64,000 nt of DNA from Octopus vulgaris (Eukaryota). Positions 14,914 through 27,658 of the stretch are shown piece after piece; positions within the stretch are counted from its first letter, which is position 1, and the number at the start of each line of letters is the position of its first letter. The position numbers were made by a program, and so were the translations under genes. The DNA lies in NCBI GenBank assembly GCA_951406725.2, contig OX597836.1, positions 41,664,001-41,728,000 of the forward strand. The letters run 5' to 3'. The notes under the pieces were generated by a model. It made no database searches. It was not told the origin of the DNA and worked only from the letters and a program-made list of their open reading frames with translations.

Positions 14914-15329
14914 AAGGCGGCGACCTGGCAGAAACGTTAGCACGCCGGGCGAAATGCGTTGCCGTATTTCGTCTGCCGTTACGTTCTGAGTTCAAATTCC
15001 GCCGAGGTCGACTTTGCCTTTCATCCTTTCGGGATCGATAAATTAAGTACCAGTTACGCACAGAGGTCGATGTAATCGACTTAATCCGTTTGTCTGTCCT
15101 TGACTGTCCCTTCTGTGTTTAGCCCTTGTGGGTAGTAAATAAATAGGTATTTCGTCTGCCGTTACGTTCTGAGTTCAAATTCCGCTGGGGTCGACTTTGC
15201 CTTTCATCCTTTCAGGGTCGATTAAATAAGTACCAGTTACGTACTGGGGTCGATATAATCGACTTAATCCATTTGTCTGTCCTTGTTTGTCCTTTCTGTG
15301 TTTAGCTCCTTGTGGGTAGTAAAGAAATA
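14914..15329 (+). mobile_element. SINE family C (Meta/Sauria-like core), dimeric
   Basis: 15-bp TSD aatatacacgttctt (14899, 15330); B box gagttcaaattcc; core gcctttcatcctttcggggtcgataaattaagtacc; monomers ~12745-12978, 52995-53225, 54107-54332, 57400-57632, 62500-62730. Confidence 0.85.
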
Positions 15330-15836
15330 AATATACACGTTCTTTGTCTCTCTCTGTCTGTTTGTCTCTCTCTCTCTCTCTCTCTTACATACTCTCATAC
15401 GCGCGCACGCATACGTAGCTTTACTTTTGCAAATGCTCAGAGTGCCAAAAAGTTTAGCTACGAGGAAGCTTAACTTGTTCTTCGTAGCTTAACTAGTTGT
15501 AGATTCGCGGTGTTTGAAACGGACGAAATTTAGTTCCGATTTCAGGGATGTGAAACATATTCACTTCTGGAAAGGATGGATGTCAGTTGTATCGCTGTGA
15601 CATCTGTATCTATTTCTGACATCTTGATTAAAAATGCGGTACGAAGAACTCAATGTAATTCTGCTGCTGTTGAACAAATAAATTAATGAATAAATAAATT
15701 CATTAAGGGCCGTGGGTTTATATATAAGACTGGTTGTGGGCAAATAGTTTCGCGGGAAAGTTATCTTATCGACGCTGCGTATTTCGTTTCATGGTGTTGA
15801 ATTAATTCTCACATGCTCGCACGAAAAGAAACGCAC

Positions 15837-15896
<60 letters not shown>

Positions 15897-16064
15897 AGAT
15901 GAACTCACACATGCGCATACACGAATGCATGCACATATATAATCTTAGAAAGTCGGTGGTAGTAGACAATAACAACAACAAAAATAACAACAACAACAAC
16001 AACAACGGCAATAATAATAATAATAATAATGATGATAATAATAATAATGATGATGATGATGATG

Positions 16065-16098
<34 letters not shown>

Positions 16099-16231
16099 TA
16101 ATAATGATGATTATGATAATAATAATGATAATAATAATAATAATAATAATAATTTTTTTTCTCTAGTTTCAGCTCAGAGCTGTGGCCATGCTGATGCACC
16201 GCCGTTTAAATAATAATAATAATAATAATAA

Positions 16232-16790
16232 TGCCCTGATGCAGTACCAGGCAGTGGCTCTCGTGGCTTCTGATCTTAACTGATTGGAAGTGTTATCATG
16301 TACATTGTTTTGTCTCGGTATAAAAGATGGGCTACAGCAAATATTCTGCTCAATACCACAGATTTGTTTGTCAGTTGTTTGACCTTAACCAGTTGAGCAT
16401 GTCCCTTAGTGGCTGACGATATGTGCATCTCTGATCACGAGCAGAAGTAGTGGGAGAGCATCATAGCCATGTGTTGAGAGGGATTCTTTGGGGTTTGAAT
16501 AATTCGCCTTTGGAAACATGGGTGCTTCGTTCAACATCCTTAAGCAATCCTTATTCAGGGACCTTTTGAGTGGGATGGGCTACTCGACCAGAAGAAAATT
16601 CTAACTAGGCCCCACCTGCAAGAAGGTCACGCGCTGTTTATCTTGATATGAGATCACCATGTCGCGCACATATGGTTGTGATGCATGTGCCTAGTGTACC
16701 CTTATCAGACGGGTAGTCATGACGGGTATACTGGGCTTCGTATATTTTACCCCCCAATGTCACTTTGATTGGATGCACTGCTCTCTCACT
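16232..16790 (-). mobile_element. Unclassified non-coding interspersed element embedded in (TAA)n
   Basis: ~560 bp complex sequence bounded by AAT/AAC repeats next to the Dong fragment. Confidence 0.45.
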
Positions 16791-16825
16791 CAACAACAAC
16801 AACAACAACAGTAATAATAGTAATG

Positions 16826-16937
<112 letters not shown>

Positions 16938-16941
16938 CGAC

Positions 16942-16986
<45 letters not shown>

Positions 16987-16995
16987 AAGATGATG

Positions 16996-17036
<41 letters not shown>

Positions 17037-17059
17037 GATGATGATGATGATGATGGTGA

Positions 17060-18320
17060 TGATCCTTTCTATTGATTCCTTTCTCTTCACCCTATACTTC
17101 TTCTCTACCTCATCAGATTTCTCTTGCCGAACTTCATTTCTCTTTTTCCATTCCAGAATATTAATGTGCTTCCTGGTCTCGTTAATAGACTGCGTAATTC
17201 TTCTTTTCCACCATGGTCCCTTCAGGTTACGTTGACATTTACCTTTGGCTTTCAAACCTAACGTCCTGGCTATAAAGATCGAGATTGCATTCATCAGATT
17301 GTTGGTGTCTCTGATGTTGTCAGTCCTGATATCACCAATGATATAATCTATCTTCCTGACCCATTCATTGAGTTTCTTTCTGTCCACATTTTAAACCCCG
17401 TATGGAGGCTCTGTTTACCAGAGGTTCAAATATCAATGATTTCATTTAAAATGGATATCTTCTCCTCGGTTCTCTCATCGCTTTCTTGATCGATAATCTC
17501 AGCCTCATGCTCATTTTCTTCCTTTAACTCTATTGCCATAGTTTCACTATCTGCATTCTCTCCCCCATCCTTTCTTTCACCACTGGTCTTACTACTCCTA
17601 AGCACCTGTCCCTTAATGCTTTCTAGTTCAACTGGAGATAACCATTCATTCTTTCTGATAGCTCTAGCCTCGTCACACAGATTTTGTTCACTTAATTCAA
17701 ATAGGCCTCTCTCGCCCCATGCCCTGTGCATTCTTTTCTTATATCCCCTAGCGGGTGCTTCATTATAATTTCTCAGATTACCCAGAAAATAACACTCCAT
17801 TACAACCACATTCAATTCTTTCGTCCACCTTCTTTTACCAGTTGCTTGACGACGACTGGGCCCAGGCTGCTCACCCGCGAGGCACCAGCCGGGCGAGAGA
17901 CCTTCACAAGGTGTTCCAGCCTCATTCACGCTGTTCTCATTTCTATTTTTATTTGACATTTCAGAACTCATGATGAGGGTTAGTGAATTTTAGGTTGCAC
18001 AACCAAAAGTATCATTTTTTATCCCCGTGACACCATCACTGACAGGATCTCCACCCCGAGATATAGGATTCCTGTAACCCTGGTTTAGTTTTTGGATTTT
18101 CTGTCTCCCGGAAGGAGTGTTCAAGCGTTATGGTTGCTTCTGCCTCTTGGGTATATGCTATTTTGGTGGCCGTTGCTTCGTAAGAGTTCATTAGCCTTTA
18201 TGCAGCTCTTGTTTTGCTTCCTGTAGGGTGTCTAAATAGCAAAAAAAAAAACATACACCCTCCTCACAGAGCGAGCACTGCGGGGTTGCCGGTTTAGTCG
18301 CCGACGTCCCAACCGAAAAA
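17060..18320 (-). mobile_element. Dong/R4-clade non-LTR retrotransposon, 5' portion (frameshifted)
   Basis: RRWTKELNVVVMECY...GYKKRMHRAW.ERG.F..SEQNLCDEARAIRKNEWLS..ELE and PWWKRRI; bounded by trinucleotide repeats. Confidence 0.75.
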
Positions 18321-18324
18321 AAAT

Positions 18325-18433
18325 TGTTCTTCTTGTTCTTCTTCTTCTTCTTCTTCTTCTTCTTGTTCTTGTTCTTGTTCTTCTTGTTCTTCTTGTTCTT
18401 CTTGTTCTTCTTGTTCTTCTTTTTCTTCTTCTT

Positions 18434-18464
<31 letters not shown>

Positions 18465-18820
18465 TTTTTCTTCTTGTTCTTCTTCTTCTTATTATTTTTC
18501 TTCTTGTTCTTGTTCTTCCTTTTCTTCTTCTTCCTTTTCTTCTTCTTCTTTTTCTTCTTCCTCTTCCTCTTCTTCTTCTTCTTCTTCTTATTTTTCTTCT
18601 TCTTCTTCTTCTTCTTCTTCTTCTTCTTCTTCTTCTTCTTCTTCTTCTTCTTCTTCTTCTTCTTGTTCTTGTTGTTCTTGTTCTTCTTCTTTTTCTTCTC
18701 CTTCTTCTTCTTCTTCTTTTTCCTCTTCTTCTTCTTCTTCTTCTTCTTCTTCTTTTTCCTCTTCTTCTTCTTCTTCTTCTCCTCCTCCTCCTCCTCCTCC
18801 TCTTCCTCCTTCTTCTTCAC
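18325..18820. repeat. (TTC)n/(TCC)n trinucleotide tract; one of many TA, CA, TATG, TATC, AAT, GAT, TAC tracts
   Basis: Direct inspection. Confidence 0.95.
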
Positions 18821-19238
18821 TCCTCTTTCTCATTATACCCTCCTCGTCCCAACCCATCTTCCTCCTCCTCCTCCTCCCTCCTCCTTCCATGTCTCTTATC
18901 GTTGTCATCACCACCACCACCACTTTTTTCTTTGTTATTGTTTTTGTTTTTTTTTTCTCCCCAAAAACGAAAAGCTCTACTTTGTAATCTGTCCCGTCTG
19001 TGTGCAACCCTGTGTGGCTAATAAAGAAACATAATATCATGCTTGTAACGTTTATCACCTACCAATGTTGGCTTTATCGTTTTTCTTTGCGGACTGTATC
19101 ATTTCTCTCTGTGTCGTCTACCTCTGATGTGCTTATCATCTCTCAGTGTCAAATATATCACCTGTGTTACTGCCTCACCTGTCTGTTTTGACTCAACTGT
19201 CTATTTTGTCTGTATCATCTGTCATTGTCGACAGCATT

Positions 19239-19620
19239 GGAAGCACTCCGTCGGTTACGACGACGAGGGTTCCGGTTGATCCGAATCAACGGAACAGCCT
19301 GCTCATGAAATTAACGTATAAGTGGCTGAGCACTCCACAGACACGTGCACCCTTAACGTAGTTCTCGGGGATATTCAGCGTGACACAGAGAGTGACAAGG
19401 CCGGCCCCTTGAAATACTGGTACAACAGAAACAGGAAGTAAGAGTGAGAGAAAGTTGAGGCGAAAGAGTACAACAGGGGTCGCCACCACCCCCTGCCGGA
19501 GCCTCGTGGAGCTTTAGGTGTTTTCGCTCAATAAACACTCACAACGCCCGGTCTGGGAATCGAAACCGCGATCCCATGACCGCGAGTCCGCTGCCCTAAC
19601 CACTGGGCCATTGCGCCTCC
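19239..19620 (-). mobile_element. SINE family B, tail type 2, full length
   Basis: 13-bp TSD tgtcgacagcatt (19226, 19621); head ggaggcgcaatggcccagtggttaggg...gtttcgattccc; also 28216-28604 (TSD tcacttcatat), 40138-40394, 50818-51188. Confidence 0.9.
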
Positions 19621-20171
19621 TGTCGACAGCATTATGTCGTTGGTGACTGTAGCATCTTTCACCGTACTCATATTTTCATCTGTTTTACAACTAAAATTTG
19701 TTTGATCCTTCTCGAGCCACCCCTGGCGCATAAGGGCCGGTTTCCTGGTTTCCTTGGCGTATAGGTTCCCCACCTGGACAGGATGCCAGTCCATCGCAGG
19801 TGAGCTGCAAGATGCAGGAGGAAAGAGTGAGAGAAAGTTGTGGCGAAAGAGTCAGCAGAAGTTCACCATTACCCTCTGCCGGAGCCGCGTGGAGCTTAGG
19901 TGTTTCGCTCATAAACACACACATCGCCAGGTCTGAGATTCAAACCCGCGATCCCTCGACCGCGAGTCCATTGCTCTAACCACTAGGCCATGCCGGAGCA
20001 CCGCCTTTAGTCGAGCAAATCGACCCCGGGACTTATTCTTTGTAAGCCTAGTACTTATTCTATCGGTCGCTTTTGCCGAACTGCTAAGTTACGGGGACGC
20101 AAACACACCAGCATCAGTTGTCAAGCGACGTTGGGAGTACAAACATAGAAACACAAACATATACACACACA

Positions 20172-20223
<52 letters not shown>

Positions 20224-20286
20224 TACGACGGGCTTCTTTCAGTTTCCGTCTACCTAAAACACTCACAAGGCTTTGGCTGGGCCGAA

Positions 20287-20318
<32 letters not shown>

Positions 20319-20347
20319 GTGCTATATACAGTGTAATTATATATATA

Positions 20348-20562
20348 TCACCTTGATCACCTTGACCGACCAGTCCGTCAGGCGTCCATTTGACATCGCT
20401 GGTCACAGCACGCTGTCCACTCCTCTCTGGATCGCGCCTTCCTCATCCACGCGTTCCCAATCACCCTCCTAAAATCGTAACTCCACCGTAGTGGAGGCCT
20501 TCCGGGTGGTCTTTTCCGCTCGCACGGGTACCACTCGACCACTGCGCGGGTCCACCTATTAT
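20348..20562 (-). mobile_element. RTE-clade LINE 3' end, 5'-truncated
   Basis: NRWTRAVVEWYPCERKRPPGRPPLRWSYDF...CDQRCQMDA*; tail ggtcaaggtgatcaaggtgat. Confidence 0.85.
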
Positions 20563-20571
20563 GTATTTATG

Positions 20572-20627
<56 letters not shown>

Positions 20628-20671
20628 CACATACATACATACATACATACATACATACATACATACATACA

Positions 20672-20703
<32 letters not shown>

Positions 20704-20741
20704 CATACATATATATACATATATATATATATATACATATA

Positions 20742-21049
20742 TCTTTATATATAAAACTGAAGTTGTGTGTGTGAGACTCTGTCTCCTCCGATTTAAATTC
20801 CTAACTACTCCCACATTTTGCGGTGCAGTTTAACCAAAAGCGGGTATCTAATAGTCGTCATTCATATCGAGCCCTTCTGGGTATTAGCGCGCGACTACGA
20901 TGAGTCTACGATTTAAAAAAAAAATTTACCATCACTTTTCCGCATTTTTAATGATTTTTGCTCGGGTTATATAGGGGAAGTAACTCTCTAAAAATTATTA
21001 TATAGTTATTTCCCTTACAAACCCGAGCAACGCCGGACGATACTGCTAG
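20742..21049 (+). mobile_element. Non-autonomous Helitron
   Basis: 5' TC, subterminal GC hairpin cccgagcaacgccgg, 3' CTAG, inserted between A and T. Confidence 0.75.
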
Positions 21050-22049
21050 TATATATATATATATATAAAACATATATATAGTGTCGTTCCACCTCAACAT
21101 TGGCCCTTCAGATCTGAAAGGACTGTAGCAAAGTGAAATAAAGTGTATTGCTCGAGAACACTACGCACCGCCCGGTGCGGGAGTCGAAACTACAGTTTTG
21201 ATATTGTGGCTGCAACACCCTAACCCCCTTGGCCACGGATCTTCACTGTAAGCAAAGACAAAGTCTTTATTTATAAACTTAGTGGCGAAAACAAAAATAT
21301 TGAGTATTTCAAGATGCTGACAAGACGATTTACAAAATTGCAATGGCGATGACGGGTACATTTCTAATAGGAGTCGAGGCAATTGGCCTCCCCCATGCCC
21401 GCCAGCTTATGTATGTGTGTATGTATGTATGTATGTGTGTATGTATGTATGTATGTATGTGTGTATGTATGTATGTATGTATGTGTGTGTGTGTGTATGT
21501 ATGTATGTAGGTATGTGTGTATGTGTGTATGTGTGAATGTATGTATGTATGTATGTACGTGTGTATGCATGTATGTATTTATGTATGTATGTATATATGT
21601 GTGTATGTATGTGTGTATGTATATGTGTGTATGTATGTATATATATATATATGTATGTATATATATATGCATGTATATGTGTATGTATGTATGTATGTGT
21701 GTATGTATGTATGTATGTATGTATGTATGTATGTATGTATGTATGTATGTATGCATGCGTTTGAACAGTGTAACGCACACGTCTATCTGACTCTGCCTTT
21801 ATCTTTCTTATATACATGTGTGTGATTGTGTGTGTGTGTGTGTGTGTTATCGTGTGTGTGTATCAACAGTGACACACATGTTAGCTGATAATAACAACAT
21901 CAGTCTACAGTTGAATAAACAGATGTTAACATGCTTAGATAGTTAAGTAAATAATGTACGGTATTAGAAAAAGCAACGTGTACGCACGTACCCGTATGCA
22001 TGCGAGTAAATGCATGTACCTACATGTGTGTGTGTGTGTGTATATATAT

Positions 22050-22135
<86 letters not shown>

Positions 22136-22501
22136 ATATGCACGTCTCTCTCCCTCCCCCTCTCTCCCTCTCTCTACCTTTCTCTCTCTGTATATATATG
22201 TATGTGGCTGTGTGGTAAGTAGCTTGTTTACCAACCACATGGTTCCGGGTTCAGTCCCACTGCGTGACACGTTGGGCAAGTGTCTTCTAATATAGCCTCG
22301 GGCCGACCAAAGCCTTGTGAGTGGATTTGCTAGACGGAAACTGAAAGAGGCCCGTCGTATATATGCAAGATTATTCAGCCGAAATTGCGAAGATGATCCA
22401 GTTCTTGACTGATGATTGAGGGCTTCGAATGTCCCGTCCTGTGTTTCTTGTGTCATCTTCTAGGTGTTTCACGTTCTTGTCCCAGTTTGTATATATTTTT
22501 T

Positions 22502-22548
<47 letters not shown>

Positions 22549-22975
22549 AATATTTATTTATATATGTATGTGTGTGAGTTTGTGTGTCTGTGTTTGACCC
22601 CCTCCCCCACTAACATCGCTTGACAACCGATGCTGGTGTGTTTACGTCCCCGTACCTTAGCGGTTCGACAAAACAGACGGATAGAATAAGTACTAGGCTT
22701 ACAAAGAATAAGTTCCGGGGTCGATTTGCTCGACTAAAGGCGGTACTCCAGCATGGCCGCAGTCAAATGACTGAAACAAGTAAGAGAGTAAAAGAGTATA
22801 CTCCGCCCAGGTTATGACCTGGATTTATATCAGTAATTATTTGGGCCACCTAGGCGTGTATTTAATAGCCTCAGAATCAATCGTGGTAAAAAAAATTGGG
22901 TGTGTGTGACCGCGTTTGTACTATTGGTGATTTTCTTTCTCCGTCTTCCCTTCCTTGGAATTGTCCTTTTTCTAT

Positions 22976-23010
22976 GTTTCTGACGAAGAGCTCCGCTCGA
23001 AACGTTAAAT
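22976..23010 (+). ncRNA. Minimal hammerhead motif (GAGC family) in element ~22900-23095
   Basis: gttt CTGACGA a gagc tcc gctc GAAACGTT aaat. Confidence 0.65.
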
Positions 23011-23246
23011 CCTCCTTCTTTTTCCCTTTCCTGAGCGTCCAATAACACTATACATGTTCCACGTCCTCGCGTTGTGTTTTCTCTTTGGATAAACTATATA
23101 CATTAGTTTTTTTTCAGATGGCCAGATAACCGAAAAGATGGTGTCGTGGATTTCCACTTCGGCATCCGAAACTCAGAGTTTTATCTTGGCTATTGAATAA
23201 TTGTCACATATTATTTTACAGATATATATATATATATATATATACA

Positions 23247-23454
<208 letters not shown>

Positions 23455-23564
23455 GTATATATTTGTGAAAAAAGAAGTTTGAAAACGCCACTATATTAGA
23501 TAAATTTTAATTTTCTTACGAATTTTACATGTTTCAGTTCTTGAAAAAACGAACCTTATCAAAA

Positions 23565-23765
<201 letters not shown>

Positions 23766-23799
23766 TTATATGTATATATATATATATTTATTTATTTAT

Positions 23800-23863
<64 letters not shown>

Positions 23864-24045
23864 TACACACACATATATATGAGTATGTGCGATTATACAA
23901 CATTGCATGTGTGTATGCAAATATTTTGATGAACTTTGTTGAATTGCAGAACTCAAGTTTGATGTGTGCATCAAATACAGATTCACAGATGGAATAACAT
24001 GCATGCATACACACGGGCGCTCACGCAGATGCACACACAACTAAT

Positions 24046-24135
<90 letters not shown>

Positions 24136-24136
24136 C

Positions 24137-24181
<45 letters not shown>

Positions 24182-24440
24182 ATATCTATCTATCTACCTA
24201 TCTATATATACAAAATAAGAAAATGAAGAAATACATTTAAATCAAATATCAATTACCAGATAATACTCAATCACATACTTTATTAAACCACCACATAAGG
24301 AACTATAGGGTTAAACACAAAAAAGTAGAACAAAACAGTGTACATAAAGGAGTGTACATAAAAGAGTCATGTTATACAATACGTAGAATATATATAAGAG
24401 AATATAAATATAAGTAAATATAAATATAAATATAGATAAC

Positions 24441-24567
24441 ATCTTACAGCTGTTTCGGCCATGTAGATAAGTATGTCTCATTTTACCAATATTAGCCTTT
24501 TATGGTCGGTCAATATGTAGTTATAAATGAGACATTTACAAAAATATCATAAGGCCTCTTCGGAGAT
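24441..24567 (-). ncRNA. Hammerhead motif with ~100-nt extended stem II
   Basis: Minus strand: atct CCGAAGA ggcc [long hairpin incl. tgtctcattt/aaatgagaca] ggcc GAAAC agct GTA agat. Confidence 0.7.
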
Positions 24568-24899
24568 TATTTGATATAAATCAGTCTACATATATACCCA
24601 TATGGGTGTGGGTACATACTCATAATACAACATATACATATACATATGAGTGCATATACTCACACTCCTATACATATAAATATATACATATACATAATGA
24701 TATAAATAATATAAATTAGTAAACATACATATGTTCCACATTCAATGTTACAGTTTTTCAACTTAATATTGTGATAATAAACATACACATATTAATACAC
24801 ACACACACACACATACTTGCATCCATAAATATACGTTAATACACAAATGCAAACAGCCCCTTTGAAATATGTTTTGTAAAGGTATATGTACGGTTGTAG

Positions 24900-25085
24900 T
24901 GAATACATGTAACTTTCAATGGTTTTATCTTCTGCCTTCTCTGCTCCACCGAACACGCAACTGTGGGCCTTTGGCGTAGTGGCGTAGGGCGTAGTGGTTT
25001 GTTTTGGTTTTCTATTTTCTGTTCTAATAACATCATCTTACGTAATATGAGAGCGGTGCCTCGTATTGCTATTTTCTGCATGCTG
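24900..25085 (-). mobile_element. RLE-type (R4/Dong-like) LINE 3' end
   Basis: MQKIAIRGTALILRK resembles the QK..L.GTA.ILR C-terminal motif. Confidence 0.55.
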
Positions 25086-25171
25086 TATGAATGCATCTAT
25101 GTATGTATGCATGCATCTATGTATGAATATATATGTGTGCGTATGTGTGTGTCTGTGCAGTGCGCGTAAAT

Positions 25172-25204
<33 letters not shown>

Positions 25205-25275
25205 CACACATATATATATATATATCTATATCGCTATATATATATGAATATATATATATATACATATATATACAT

Positions 25276-25310
<35 letters not shown>

Positions 25311-25480
25311 CATATATATATACACACACATATATATATATATATATAAAGCTATGCGCGTTCGTGTATGCAACAATATGTATATATATATATATATGTG
25401 TATGTATATGCATATATAGGTTTATAAGCATATATATGTACATATATATTGTATATATATATGTACATATATATATATGT

Positions 25481-25521
<41 letters not shown>

Positions 25522-25629
25522 CTAAGTGCCTGTGTTCATGAATATACATATATTAATCTAGACATATATGAATTATATCTGTATATGTACGTATGTATCT
25601 CTCTCTCTCTATCTATCTATCTATCTTTG

Positions 25630-25675
<46 letters not shown>

Positions 25676-25821
25676 CCCGCCCCCTTTTTTCTCCTCTTTC
25701 TTTCCATTTACGATCCCTTTTGATCGAAAACCAAACACCCTTCTTTTACCCCCAAAAGAAAAGCTCTACCTTGTAATTTTGTCCTGTCTGTGTGCAGCCC
25801 TGTGTGGCTAATAAAGAAACA

Positions 25822-25875
<54 letters not shown>

Positions 25876-25898
25876 ATCTATCTATCTATCTATCTATC

Positions 25899-26802
25899 TC
25901 AGGGCCCATGGACAACTTCCAGAGATCCCTGGCCTGGCAGTGCTACCGAGAAGCGCTACCCGTTCGGGATAAGCTCTACAGACACGGCTCGAGAAACACG
26001 GAGCCGACCTGCCCGAGATGCGGTCAGAGCGACGAAACCGTTCTACACGCACTCGTTCAGTGTCCAACAATTTCCGACCTGTGGGCTTATGTCGAACAAC
26101 TGCTGTCACGTGTGGGACGAGTCGGTTTATCAGCTGAGTCTATCGTCAATATTGTCACGCCTCCTTCCTTCAAACGGGAAGGAAGAGCTATTTTCATCAT
26201 CCTTGTGGCTATGGCGAAAGAATGTATCTGGTGGACGCGTCTGAAAGGATTGGAGACAAACACTTTCCTCTCTGGTCAATCTCTCATCAACTTCTTCAAG
26301 TACCACTTGAAAAGGAAAGTGAGAGTAGAGAGGCAAGTTTTGTCTAGCGAATGTTTTAAAAAAGATGGGTGAATGTAGCAAGAATGGCACGTATGAATGA
26401 CGAAGCCACCTTGAGCATAGTCCTATGAACCCAGAATTCGAAAACAGAGAGTTGCTTATTTGCAAAAAAAAAAAAAAGAAATATAAAATGTGACATCATT
26501 GACCGAGGTTACCGTGGTCTTTTCCGTAGGCTTTTCTTTGCACGGGTAAACCTCACCTGTCCTCCCCTTTACACTTCATATTGACATTTCTGTGATAACG
26601 ATCCCTATTGATCAATTTTTTTTCCTCCCCCCTTTTTTTAAACCCCCTTTTTTTTGTCCTCTTTCTCTCCTTTTACGATCCCTTTTGATCGAAACTCCCC
26701 CTTCCTTTTTTTTTTTTTTTTTTTCTTAAACCTTCAAAAGAAAAGCTCTACCTTGTAATTTGTTCTATCTGTGTGCAGCCCTGTGTGGCTAATAAAGAAA
26801 CA
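25899..26802 (+). mobile_element. L1/Tx1-clade LINE, 5'-truncated (zf-RVT + 3'UTR)
   Basis: LAWQCYREALPVRDKL..CPRCGQSDETVLHALVQCP; ends gctaataaagaaacat; flanked by (ATCT)n; extra 3' ends at 25677-25822 and ~18950-19033. Confidence 0.85.
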
Positions 26803-26828
26803 TATCTATCTGTCTATCTATCTATCTA

Positions 26829-26873
<45 letters not shown>

Positions 26874-26899
26874 ACCTACCTATCTTATCTATCTATCTC

Positions 26900-27245
<346 letters not shown>

Positions 27246-27616
27246 ATCTATCTATCTATCTATGCATGTGTATGTGTATATCACTACCGAGGGTTTGGCT
27301 ATCTATTTGCTTTTATCTCTTCTAATCATCGGTAAGAACCCGTTTATTTTATAGGTTGTTTCTCTATTCAATCTCTGAATCCAGATTTTTTTTTTATATT
27401 TGGCCAATTATTTCCCGTTGATACCTCCAATAGCTATTTCATTGTTTATCTGGACGGTTAGATCGATAAAATAAGTACCAGATTTCAATAACCCTTGGAA
27501 TCGATATTAATCAACTGAAACCCCTTGGAAGCAGCGGCCCAAGAGGAATTCAATCATTTTATCAAAAGGAGTAAAAGAACAAAAAAGGATGTATGTCTGT
27601 GTATGTGTGTACGTAA

Positions 27617-27658
<42 letters not shown>

